From contig QPGO01000255.1 of the NCBI GenBank assembly GCA_008632985.1, positions 62,001 to 88,603 of the forward strand: a stretch of 26,603 bases of DNA, given 5' to 3'. Of the stretch, positions 1 through 9,934 are shown piece after piece. The stretch is from Psammoneis japonica (Eukaryota). Numbering within the stretch: the stretch's first letter is position 1; each line of letters starts with the position of its first letter. A program made the position numbers and the translations under genes. The notes under the pieces are model-generated. The model worked only from the letters and a program-made list of their open reading frames with translations. It was not told the origin of the DNA and searched no databases.

Positions 1-2
1 TC

Positions 3-1892
3 AATGCGGCGTATGTGCGACAATGTGAGGCAGTGATGGGGCCGGCTGCATTATCTTGTGTGAATTTTCCTCAGTTTCCCATGGGCGTGTTAGCCGCGTT
101 GGCTCAAGCGTACGATTCCTTGGGGAGGCCGATCGACCGGGGTGTTGATGCCGAATCAACCTCACAAAACGTTCATGTGTCTACTGATGGTGTCTTCATG
201 GTTGCGCAGAAGAACAACACCACGGCTGCTTCTGGAGAACCGAATCCAAGCCGTGTTCACTTGACTCCTCGACCAATCCCTCGAAAGCTGAAAGATGTTG
301 TGAATGGTCTTGCCTCTCCCGACGAAGAATGGTATGTTCTTTGGCAAGTGGTGTTCGTCGCACACAAATTCGCATCCAAGGTTTTTGAACGCGAATTAGG
401 GTTGGAATCAGTGTATTCTCTAGAGAAGCTATGCCGGGCTACGACTGTAGACATCAATGACGCCGAGCAGGTTGTTGAGACGCAGATGAAGCCTTTTGAC
501 TATCCAGAATTGCCGCAAATAGTTGTGAGGCGGAGTAAACCCTCGCAAGCAACCAGCAAGAAGGCGTCACAGAAGCCCAACTCGAGCACTGGAGAGGCTA
601 CGAAAGTAGACACCAAAGGTGCCAAGGAGGTTGTGGAGACGTCGATGAAGCCTTTTGGATATCCAGAATTGCCGCAAATTGTGAGGCGGGGTAAATCCAC
701 GAAAGCAACCAGCAAGAAGGCGTCACAGAAGCCCGACTCGAGCACTGGAGAGGCTACGAAAGTAGACACCAAAGACGCCAAGGTGGTTGAGGAGATGTCG
801 ATGAAGCCTTTTGGCCATCCAGAATTGCCGCAAATTGTGAGGCGGAGTAAACCCCCGCAAGCAACCAACAAGAAGGCGCCACAGAAGCCCAACCCGAGCA
901 CTGGAGAGGCTACAAAAGAAGAGACCAAAGGTGCCAAGGGGGTTTTGGAGACGTCGATGAATCCTTTTGACTATCCAGAATTGCCGCAAATTGTGAGGTG
1001 GAGTAAACCCCCACAAGCAACCAGCAAGAAGGCGTCGCAGAAGCCCAACCCGAGCACTGGAGAGGCTACGAAAGTAGACACCAAAGACGCCAAGGTGGTT
1101 GTGGAGACGTCGATGAAGCCTTTTGGCTATCCAGAATTGCCGCAAATTGTGAGGCGGAGTAAACCCCCGCAAGCAACCAGCAAGAAGGCGTCACAGAAGC
1201 CCGACTCGAGCACTGGAGAGGCTACGAAAGTAGACACCAAAGACGCCAAGGTGGTTGTGGAGACGTCGATGCTGCCTTTTGACTGTTCAGAATCGCCACA
1301 AATTGTGAGGCGGGGTAAATCCTCGAAAGCAAGCAATGAGGAGAAGTCACGGACGCCCAACTCGAGCCCTGGAAAGGCTACAAATAATGTAGACATCAAA
1401 GACGCAAAGGAGGTTGTGGAGACGTCGACGAAGCCTTATCACCATCTAGAATTGCCTCAAATTGTGAGGCGGCGTAAATCCTCGAAGGCAAGCATTAAGA
1501 AGAAGTCGCAGACACCCAATTCAAGCCCTGGAAAGCCTATGCCGAAAGTTGTATTGTTTCATGGAATTGTTTGGAAAGCTCTAGAAAGTGTTGGTTGGAC
1601 GTTGGATCGAGGCAATCGACCGACGGACTTTTGTTACTTTCCACCCGGCGTTGCTCGCGGCGAAGGATTTAGAAAACGTGAGGATTTCTTTGACAGTGTC
1701 AAGCAGGTCATGAACTTTATCGAGACGGATCCTCGATGGAAGGACAAAGAAGAGGTCGTTGTAGGCTTGAAGATGTTCAGGGCATGCTCTAAGCTGCAGG
1801 ATGAGCTCAGGTTCAAGTCGCTTCTCCCCAAAGGTCAAATGACGGTTGAGTGGTTAGTTAGTCAGGTAGAGAACAAAAAGCAATCAGAGTAA
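3..1892 (+). CDS. Hypothetical Lys/Ser/Thr-rich protein with seven ~52-aa tandem repeats and a globular-looking C-terminal domain; 5' end probably outside the window
   Basis: Reading frame is open from position 3 to TAA at 1890-1892. The repeats are all in frame. The C-terminal segment (WKALESVGWTLDRGNRPTDFCYFPPGV...DFFDSVKQVMNFI) has normal protein composition. Confidence 0.8.
   Translation, partial: NAAYVRQCEAVMGPAALSCVNFPQFPMGVLAALAQAYDSLGRPIDRGVDAESTSQNVHVSTDGVFMVAQKNNTTAASGEPNPSRVHLTPRPIPRKLKDVVNGLASPDEEWYVLWQVVFVAHKFASKVFERELGLESVYSLEKLCRATTVDINDAEQVVETQMKPFDYPELPQIVVRRSKPSQATSKKASQKPNSSTGEATKVDTKGAKEVVETSMKPFGYPELPQIVRRGKSTKATSKKASQKPDSSTGEATKVDTKDAKVVEEMSMKPFGHPELPQIVRRSKPPQATNKKAPQKPNPSTGEATKEETKGAKGVLETSMNPFDYPELPQIVRWSKPPQATSKKASQKPNPSTGEATKVDTKDAKVVVETSMKPFGYPELPQIVRRSKPPQATSKKASQKPDSSTGEATKVDTKDAKVVVETSMLPFDCSESPQIVRRGKSSKASNEEKSRTPNSSPGKATNNVDIKDAKEVVETSTKPYHHLELPQIVRRRKSSKASIKKKSQTPNSSPGKPMPKVVLFHGIVWKALESVGWTLDRGNRPTDFCYFPPGVARGEGFRKREDFFDSVKQVMNFIETDPRWKDKEEVVVGLKMFRACSKLQDELRFKSLLPKGQMTVEWLVSQVENKKQSE
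447..1535 (+). repeat. Coding tandem repeat, 7 copies, 156-bp (52-aa) period
   Basis: Anchor CCAGAATTGCCGCAAAT and variants at 504, 663, 819, 975, 1131, 1287 and 1446, giving spacings of 159, 156, 156, 156, 156 and 159 bp. Confidence 0.97.
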
Positions 1893-1910
1893 GTCGCGTT
1901 ATAATCACAT

Positions 1911-2294
1911 TTATGCGGCAGGAGCAGTTTCCAACGCTGCTTGCATCATTTCTACAATGATTGTCTTTGCGTCCTTTCGAACATTTTGCGAGGGGAGCTG
2001 GAATTGGTCGCTCGCTCGTGGCATCCTTGTCACCATTGTCTTTGCGTCCTTTCGAACATTTTGCGAGGGGAGCTGGAATTGGTCGCTCGCTCGTGGCATC
2101 CTTGTCACGTTGACATACAAGCCTAAACTGTCGGCAGACGCAATGATTGCTGCCGACACATCCATGCCGGGAATGGCATGCGCCTCCATGGCAATAGTCG
2201 ACTCCATGTGATCCTCATTCACGTGATTTACAACATGCGAACCAAAAGCAGAATCATCTATGCGAGGTTGGAGGTTGTCGCACGTCGTCGGCAA
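1911..2294 (-). CDS. Possible short hypothetical protein carrying the 25-aa duplication
   Basis: 127-aa ORF with plausible composition and an in-frame duplication. No recognisable homology. Confidence 0.25.
   Translation of the reverse strand: MPTTCDNLQPRIDDSAFGSHVVNHVNEDHMESTIAMEAHAIPGMDVSAAIIASADSLGLYVNVTRMPRASDQFQLPSQNVRKDAKTMVTRMPRASDQFQLPSQNVRKDAKTIIVEMMQAALETAPAA
1960..2108. repeat. Perfect 74-bp tandem duplication (75-bp period)
   Basis: 1960-2033 is identical to 2035-2108 (ATTGTCTTTGCGTCC...GCATCCTTGTCAC). Confidence 0.97.
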
Positions 2295-2470
2295 TCGGCA
2301 TGATCGTCAAAAATTGTCTGGAATCGCACCGTCGCACTCAGATTTATTTCATCGCTTACCATGGTTCAGGGGAGAGTCTTACCTCCACAGGCTATTTTAT
2401 TTCTGGCTAGGAATCCTGTCTTTACTCTCAAGAGTGTCGATTGCTATTTGAAATGTACATTTTGTAATAG

Positions 2471-4201
2471 TTAGCGCTGACCGTAATCAGACGCGATGCC
2501 TGTTTGTCCCTGTGTGGCAGCCTGAACTTGTGTACCTCCAACGTTGGCTTCTAGGCCCTTGTACTCGCGTTTCCTTAAAAATTCGGAAGCCGCACTCTTG
2601 TACTCTGTGAGCTGACCCTTTCCAGGGAGTGCTGCAAGGTCTACATTGTCGGAAGCATCAATTGTTTTCTTTGATGGCTCGTACTGCCCCGTCACCAACG
2701 AGAAGTACGGAGCATCTTCGTCTCCTTCCAAAGTGTCAGTAGCGTCTGCAACCCGATTATCCTTTGCCAAAAAGTCATTATAATCCAGGCTGTACGCCGT
2801 TGAGCCCCACTCAACATTTCCAAGCGCCATATCGAGTTCCAAAGGAGTAATCACAGGAACGTGAAAGTCTCGTTCATCGTCTAGCAAACTGTTTTCACCA
2901 CAAGCGACAAGCACAAAACAATCAATCTCGCCAAAATTTGCAAGCTTTGCTCCATTGATATTGCCTACAGCAAAGGTATAACAGGCTCGTTCTGCAGCTT
3001 CAATCAAATTTCGTAGCGATGACACCACAGTCTGAAAGTGTCTTTGCGAGAGAGTGCCAACCAAAATTCCAAAGACAGATTCATCGCGGGCTTTCTGAAC
3101 GAGATAAAATCGACGGTTTAACTGGCGATTCAATGTTTGTGGTAAATCAGTCTCAAGTTGCTTGGTTGCCGGAGAGTAAGTCCAGTAGCTGGCTGGTGAT
3201 GGAGGTGACGATATGAATCGTAACAATGTGTTGACATATTGACGACTGCTGCTGGAGGAAGATTCTCCCGGAGATGCGTCACCGATAAATAGCAAAGTAA
3301 CGCTCGAAAGATCCACGTCTCGTGGGATGTGCAAGCCCCCGACAGTAAAAGTCTCGCGATCTGCGGTGTATTCTGATGGATCAACTTTGTCTCCCTCAGC
3401 TTGTGCCGACTCGTTCTGTTGCTCCAAAGGTTTCCAGATCTGATTGTTTTGTGCGCAATCGCTCTGACAGCTGTCTGACGCTTCTTGACAGCATGGCTTT
3501 TTGCTGTCACCATGTTTATCATTACTTTTCGTGGCTGTCGCTGGAGTCGGTATCTTTCCCATGATAACGTCGAGATCTCCAACGTCGTGGAGTAATTTCT
3601 GTAGCCCTTGCATGGCATGAAAGTATCGCACCTCGTAGAGGAGTAGAAATTTGTTGACATTCTGTTCCTCCGCTTTCTCTATTATACATTCTGCACATAC
3701 ATTTACATCCAAGTCGGTAACACCAAAGCCATAAAGCACCGGAAGCGACAAGGCCGGACTAAGACACGCATGTCCGTAATGGACCAATACATCGGCTTGC
3801 AAATGGAGAGCTGAAGTCTCATCGGGGCAACAAGAGCCAAACGTTGTGTCGCCTAAACAAAACACAAGCGGAGGCGGCACGTCCTCTTCTGACGACAATG
3901 CGTTTTCCATGGCCCAGCACACCTCAGGACCGTCCTCCAACAATTCATCCGGTAACTGCAACGCGACTCGACACAAGAAACCATCATATTCATCACCATT
4001 CTTTGTTCGGTCCTTTGTAGCCTCCAACACTTCTTTGCTCAGTCGTTCCATTTCGTAATGCGTTTCAATCGGAACGGAGCCCCTTGGTGAAACGATTTGC
4101 GCCTTGGATTGTTCAGTGTCGGCAGCTTCCGTCATGATGCGTGAACCGTCATCAAACATGAGCTGTGGAGGTGCTGCGGCCTTTTGTTGCTCCTTACTCA
4201 T
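2471..4201 (-). CDS. DPH2: Diphthamide biosynthesis protein 2 (2-(3-amino-3-carboxypropyl)histidine synthase subunit 2)
   Basis: Intronless 576-aa ORF with Dph1/Dph2 family motifs RVALQLPDELL, LGDTTFGSCCPDE...ADVLVHYGHACLS, RRFYLVQKARD..VFGILVGTL, KLANFGEIDCFVLVAC and PVITPLEL. The C-terminus is Dph2-type (PYFSLVTG...AASEFLRKREYKGLE...GQTGIASDY). Confidence 0.95.
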   Translation of the reverse strand: MSKEQQKAAAPPQLMFDDGSRIMTEAADTEQSKAQIVSPRGSVPIETHYEMERLSKEVLEATKDRTKNGDEYDGFLCRVALQLPDELLEDGPEVCWAMENALSSEEDVPPPLVFCLGDTTFGSCCPDETSALHLQADVLVHYGHACLSPALSLPVLYGFGVTDLDVNVCAECIIEKAEEQNVNKFLLLYEVRYFHAMQGLQKLLHDVGDLDVIMGKIPTPATATKSNDKHGDSKKPCCQEASDSCQSDCAQNNQIWKPLEQQNESAQAEGDKVDPSEYTADRETFTVGGLHIPRDVDLSSVTLLFIGDASPGESSSSSSRQYVNTLLRFISSPPSPASYWTYSPATKQLETDLPQTLNRQLNRRFYLVQKARDESVFGILVGTLSQRHFQTVVSSLRNLIEAAERACYTFAVGNINGAKLANFGEIDCFVLVACGENSLLDDERDFHVPVITPLELDMALGNVEWGSTAYSLDYNDFLAKDNRVADATDTLEGDEDAPYFSLVTGQYEPSKKTIDASDNVDLAALPGKGQLTEYKSAASEFLRKREYKGLEANVGGTQVQAATQGQTGIASDYGQR

Positions 4202-5072
4202 CTTGCAAATTCAGATTCTTGCAAGGCATGTGTTAAAATGAAACTTGAGAAGAGAAAGACTCTAGAGATGGGAGCAGTCTTTCACTCGCCCTAATGGTTG
4301 CTATCATTAAAAAGAAACTTAATGCTTGGTGCCTGGTGCTGGTTGCTGTTGCGGTAGGCCCTAGGTTGAAGGTGATGGGTGAGTTTTTTGCGTGATGAGT
4401 GATGAGATTTCCTTCACGCTCCGTGGCGCGACGGACGGACGCTCATCTCGAGAATCGTCTGTCCTCCGACGGCATGAAAAATGACGTCATCCGAAAACCG
4501 ACAAACGAACGCGACGTTATTTTGGAATTTTGAGATTTTTTCAGATTTGGAGATGATCAATGATCAGGTGATCACACCTTGCGTTTTGGTTGATTGATGA
4601 GGTGGGTTCTGCAGCGTTGCCCGGCCCATCGCTGTTTGCAACAGGGTCGTTGATCAGGGGCCGACTCCGGCCTCCACAACTGCCCACTTCTTGCTCCTCA
4701 GCTTGCATCATCGATCTTTGGGTCAACGGATTCTTTCCTTTTTGAACAGGACTGACATTCTGACCGTCCTTCAGGTCAAAGAATTGCGAGATGATGTGCA
4801 CGGCTCAGAGCATTGCTGCGTGATTCATGGAACAAAACTTGGCAAGTTGGATCCCGACTTGCACTTCGAAGAGGAAGCTCTAGAGGCGGTCATGTGTCCC
4901 TGCTTTCGCCGATGAGTTCAACGGGCACAATGCGGCAATTCAAGCTGATGCTCTGACACTTCAAAAGTCAGATGAGGAAGGAAATGAGCAATCCCGTCAA
5001 GCAAGCCATGACAATGATGACGAAGGAGATCCATCTGCACGCATCACGCCATCGCGTCATCCCAACCAAAAG

Positions 5073-5188
5073 GTGAGTCAATCGTTCGGCTCATTGCATT
5101 GGTGGCTTTCCTTCCTTTGTTGCTTGTTCTTTTTGTTTGCCTGGGTTGTCGTTGTCTCACCATGACTTCCGTGCATGTGCCATTCCAG
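5073..5188 (+). other. Putative spliceosomal intron (phase 0)
   Basis: AAG|GTGAGT donor at 5073, T-rich body, TCTCAC branch-like motif at ~5155-5160, and TTCCAG acceptor at 5188 (alternative CAG at 5191). Splicing keeps the flanking frames joined. Confidence 0.65.
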
Positions 5189-5479
5189 CAGGTTCTTGAT
5201 CCCATCCAGCCTGTCATGCTGTTTGAAGATCCCAAGGCAACGCAGAAGTCACTGGAACAGATTGCTGGAGGTGAATTGGGTCATGAACAGGAACTGGTGC
5301 ACCTTGAATTGCTCAACCGTCGCCAAACCGAATGAGTCGAGGACCTTGCATCGAATGCAATCAAATGCAGGGAATCGGGACAAGACGAGCCGATTGAAAA
5401 AGAGAACGAAAGAACCAATCATGCGAGAGGTTGGGTCCTGTGGTTCATTCGTTGCTTCTTTGCAATCGCTTCATTGTGT

Positions 5480-8010
5480 CTGCTTGCTTGGTGCCATGTC
5501 TCTTTGGTTTCATCTTCTGAATCGAAACCGGTTGCGATTCGTCCTTTGGGCGGGATGCCTGTTGCATCGTCTGAGACTTTGATGCTCACTCCGTCCAAAG
5601 CCTCAAAAGCCATCATGATCGCCCCTTCCAGGGCACTTGCGATTGTTCCTTCCAAGGCATTGGCACTGACCATCCCGGACTCCGAGAAGTCTCTGACGAT
5701 TTGTGTTCCGCTTTGGAAGCCGGCATCATTGAAGGCCTTGGCAATCATTTCAAGTCAAGAGCTTGTTGCGTTGGAGGCTGCAACAAGTCGCGTTCCAACT
5801 CGGAAGCTTCTTCCATTGAGAGTGATTGCGCTGCATGTCCCGAGTCGAGGTGTTAGATTGTCGAGGGCTTCTTCTTTTCTTGTCTTGATTCAAGCGAGGC
5901 TCGACGATGCCACATGCGGCGAGGAAGAGGCTGGGCCAGTGACAAGTTGGTGGCCCGCCTTCTACGTTCTTGTCGCTCTCTTCGCAATCTACGTCTGGCT
6001 TCTCTTCTTCTGGCAGATTCACTCTTTGCCTCGAACGATGAACGACTCTCTCTTCCGACTGTCTTCACAATCGGGATGCACGGCTCTGGCGATCAGGCCT
6101 TTTGGTGAATTGATGGTGGCACCATCCAAGGCATTGGCAGTCGTTCCGTTGAAGGAATTGGTGCCTGTCATCCCAGATTTGAGCAAGGCCTTGTCGATTC
6201 GAGTTCCCGTGCCATCTGCTCCAACTGCACCCCTGATAAATTTGTTCACGTGGGTGCTTGTGATGGGCATTGTCTTGATTCTTTTTGGAGTTGTTTGGAA
6301 TCAAAACACGCCTTGTGACAACGAGGAAGGAAGGGATCTGTGCATTCTTCGTGACGGAGACAAGGAAGCTCAGTTCTGGATCGAAGATGTCAAGGAAGTC
6401 AAAGAACCACGATTCTTGCTCTTTTGGATTCGACATTTCTTTGCTGTCGGTTCCTGGATTTTCTTCGTCTGGTGTCTTGCCTCGTCTCCTCGACCAATGT
6501 TCCATTCTGTGAGCTTGTCGCCATCTCATTCTCGACCGACGTCTCTCATGTTGCCCACCGTTGGTGACATGATGACTGTGTCATCCAAGGTGCTTACGAG
6601 AGCGCCCTCAAATGCCGCCCTGATTGTCCCTTCTAAGGCACTGGCGATCGTTCCATCCAAGGCATTGGCGCTGACCATCCCGGAGTCCGAGAAGTCTCTT
6701 GCAGTTTGCGTTCCACTTTGGAAGCCGGCGTCATCGAAGGCACTGACGATCGTTTCAAGTCGTGAGCTTGTTGTGTTGGAGACCGCAGCAAGTCACATTG
6801 CAAGTCGCAAGCTTCTTGTGTCGAAAGCGATCGCAGCGCATGTTCCGAGTCAACACTCCAGGGCTTCTTCATTCATTTGCATGCCTCTGTCATGAGTGCT
6901 GGTTGCAATCGGTTGTGTCTTCATTCAAAAAAGATTCGATGATGCCAGGTGCGGTGAGGAAGAGCCTGGACCAACGATGACTTGGTGGCCTGCCTTCTGC
7001 CTTCTTGTCGCTCTCTTCACAATCTGCGTCTCGCTTCTCTTCTTCTGGTGGTTCCACTCTTTGCCCCGAACGATGAGCGATGCTGTCTGCCGGCTGTCTT
7101 CACATTCAGGATGTGCGGCTTTGTCAATCCGGCCTCTTGGTGAATTGACGGTTGTGCCATCCAAGGCCTTGATGGTCATTCCGTCGAACGCGTTGGCACC
7201 GATGATTCCGGATTCGAGCAAGGCCTTGTCGATTCGAGTCCCAATTTTGGGGCATGCGGCCGCTGCATCTGTTCCAAATGCCGCATCAATTCATGCACAG
7301 AGTCAGGAACACGTGCTGTCAGCCCCATCTACATTCCAGATAATTCCTTCGAAATGGTTGCTTGTGATTGGGCTTGTCTTGACAATCATCATTTGGCTTT
7401 CTTGTGCTCCAACCATGCCCAGTGACATCGATGAAGTGGCGACTCGCCGAGTGCTTTGCGATGGAGACGAGGAGGCTAAGGTGTGGATTAAAGACGACAA
7501 GAAATTCAAAGAACCACGAAGCTTGCCCCTGCTGATTCGTCTTTTTCTTGTTGTCAGTTCCTTGGGCTTTCTGGTCTTGCACCGTGCCTCTTCTTCACGA
7601 TCGATGAGCGGTTCTGTGGCGATGCCGCCATCTCACTTTGGATCGACGGCTTTGGTGGTTCGTCCAAGAGGTGAACTGATGATTGTTCCTGGCAAAGCTG
7701 TCATGGTTGCTCCTTCCAAGGCCTTGGTTGTTGTTTTGTCCACGGCTCTGGCTCTGACCATTCCGGATTCCCAAAAGTCTCAGGCTGTTCGTGTTCCACT
7801 TTGGAAACCGGCATTGTCTGAGGGATTGGTGATCATTTCAAGTCGGCAGCTTGTTGCTTTGGAGGCCATCACAGATCGTTTTCCGCCTCGGAAGTGTCTT
7901 GCATTGAATGCTTTTGGGCTTCACCTTCCGAGTCGAGCTGTTGTGATGTCGAGGTCATCTTCATCTGCTTTGATCAACGCGATTTGGTTGCTGGCAATGG
8001 GGCTTCTTTG
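5480..8010 (+). repeat. Internal tandem duplication, ~2.5 copies of a ~1.0-1.1-kb unit, itself built of related ALAIVPSKAL-type subunits
   Basis: VPLWKPA-encoding anchor at 5705, 6710 and 7793 (periods 1005 and 1083, both multiples of 3). The DDAxCGEEExGP..WWPAF block occurs at ~5900 and ~6935. Confidence 0.9.
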
Positions 8011-8739
8011 GATTGCAGTTCAAAATTGCATCGCTCCTGATGATGACAATGATGAAGAGCCTTTTCTAATTCATCGTGTACACGACGAAGACGCCGTTCA
8101 TCACCAAGACCCGATTCCGCCGCATCCCATGCCACCGGATCCTCCGATCCATCCTCAAGACCCAGGCCCTCCTCTTCAGGCCGAGGATGGCTTGCTGCCA
8201 CAAGATCCCCTGATTCAGCCGCCACCACTGCCACAAGACCCCCATGTTCCTCGTCAACACCCCATCCCAGTCCGCAGTTGTAAGCCACGAGTTCTTCGGC
8301 GCTCCGCCCGTCTTGACAATGCCGTTGGTAGCGTGCACCTTCATTCCGAGAACGCTTGCGTGCTTCGTCGGTCCTCGAGGTTCTCGTGCCGCACTTAAAA
8401 TGCCATTTCTCCAGTCTATTGCGGAAGCTGATAGCAGGCGGAAGCTGATGGCAGCCGGAAACTTCCTCCAGGGCACGTTCACGTGCATTCCTACCGTAAG
8501 GAGTTGGCCACAACTCTACGGCGCGGAGGGCCATTTGTTTGAGCGATTGTCCTGTCTTCAATGGAGCTTGCACGCACCTGCTGAGGCGGGGTAGGCATTC
8601 TTTTGTTTGACCTACAAGCTGCAAGCTTCATTGTTGATGTGCCACTTTTGTTCTTGCCTCGAGATGGAGACGGTATGTTGGTGCTGATTGTCGGACCCGG
8701 CAATTTGGGATATCGTTTTGTATTGTATTCGCATGTTGT

Positions 8740-9385
8740 TGTTGACGGGATTGCATTGCTGTTTCGCTGCGCCATCTTCTTGTTTGCTTTCGTCGTTGCT
8801 ATGATTTGTCATTGTTTTCGGATTTCGTATCGTATCGTTGTTGGAAGTGTGCTTGATGCTTGACCATGTTTGTTGCGTTGCAAATCATAATGTTGCGCTT
8901 CTGTGATTGCCGGTATCGTAGTCGATTTGCTCTTTTTTGCTTTGCTATTGGTGGGGCTCGTTGTCGTTGCTTTGCGGTTGTTATGCTTTTGTTTGCTGAT
9001 TAAGTGGCTGCAATCGTGCGTCTTTTTTTGTGTCGGCATTTGCGGGGTCATCGTCGATGTTTCTGCTGCTCCTTTTGCTGGCTGGCGGTGCTCTCATTGC
9101 CTGTGTTTGCGGGTTTGTTGTTTTCGCTTTGTATTCTTTGCTGCGGGGTTGCATATTACGTCGTCTTGCGTATGTTTTCTCGGTCGTCGTTGTTCTTGCT
9201 CCTGTTTGCTGTTGTTGTATGCTTTGTTTTGCATCGCTGTTGGAAGGTTTAGTCTTTCGTCATTGTCGTTTGCCACTGCCGATTAAGAACTTGTGTCCTT
9301 GACTTGCCAGTCCTTGCTACTCACATATTTCCCTTGTTATAGCTATGGTGGTATTCCGTCTTGATCCTCTAGCTCTCAAGAGGTG
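8740..9385 (+). repeat. T/G-rich dispersed repeat, copy A
   Basis: Shares TCGCTGCGCCATCTT, GCATTTGCGGGGT.ATCGTCGATGTTTCTGCTGCTC, CTGCGGGGTTGCA and TGTATGCTTTGTTTTG.ATCGC with copy B. The last two blocks also occur in copy C. Confidence 0.85.
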
Positions 9386-9409
9386 GTTGTCGGACCCTGC
9401 TTTTCCCAT

Positions 9410-9880
9410 GTTGTTGTTTGACTGCGGATTGTGCTGTTTCGTTTTGTATCGCTGCGCCATCTTGTTTTGTTTGCTGTCTTTTGGTTGCTATTCTTGTCAG
9501 TGTTTGCGGGTTTCGTTTCGTATTGTTGTTGGAATTTTCTTGATGCATGATTGTGTTTGCTGTGGTGCTAAATTACATTGTATTGTGCTTCTTTGATTGC
9601 GGGTGCATTATTTTGTGTTGCTTTGCTGTTGTCTTGCTTTTGTTTTTTGTTCCCTGATATAGTTGCTGCAATGTTTCGTTTTTTTGTACCTGCATTTGCG
9701 GGGTTATCGTCGATGTTTCTGCTGCTCTTGTCATTGGCTGCCTGGCTTTCGTTGCCTGTGTGTGCGTATTTCTTTTTTTCGCTTTGTATTCTCTCTGCGG
9801 GGTTGCACATTTCTCGATCGTCGTTGTTCTTGCGTCGCTTTGTTGTTGGTGTATGCTTTGTTTTGTATCGCGGTTGAAGG
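9410..9880 (+). repeat. T/G-rich dispersed repeat, copy B
   Basis: Collinear diverged copy of 8740-9250. Confidence 0.85.
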
Positions 9881-9934
9881 GTCGTCGATTGTTTCTGCTG
9901 CTCTTGTTGTTGGCTGCTTGGCTTTCGTTGCCCG

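Larger units (their letters stand above)
4370..8390. other. TpA-depleted domain 1 (CpG retained)
   Basis: About a dozen TA dinucleotides in 4520-8050 by eye, versus several per 100 bp in DPH2 and downstream of 8400. CG remains abundant. Confidence 0.9.
4691..8398 (+). pseudogene. Disrupted multi-pass membrane protein gene with ~1-kb internal repeats, a Pro-rich tail and terminal RRSxR motifs
   Basis: ORFs 5099-5335, 5474-6895 and 6896-8398 share one frame, broken only by TGA at 5333-5335 and 6893-6895. A putative intron at 5073-5188 joins an upstream exon in frame. There is a frame change near 4905. Hydrophobic segments recur. Confidence 0.65.

Noticed and set aside
447..1535. CRISPR-like array
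   Set aside because: The units are contiguous in-frame coding repeats without unique spacers, the context is eukaryotic, and there are no cas genes.
3019..4058. Alternative-frame and antisense ORFs overlapping DPH2
   Set aside because: Shadow ORFs of a well-supported gene.
4691..8398. Alternative genetic code, TGA readthrough or selenocysteine
   Set aside because: Neighbouring DPH2 uses the standard code with TGG for Trp, the same ORF has many TGG codons, and no SECIS is evident. Nonsense mutation is the simpler explanation.
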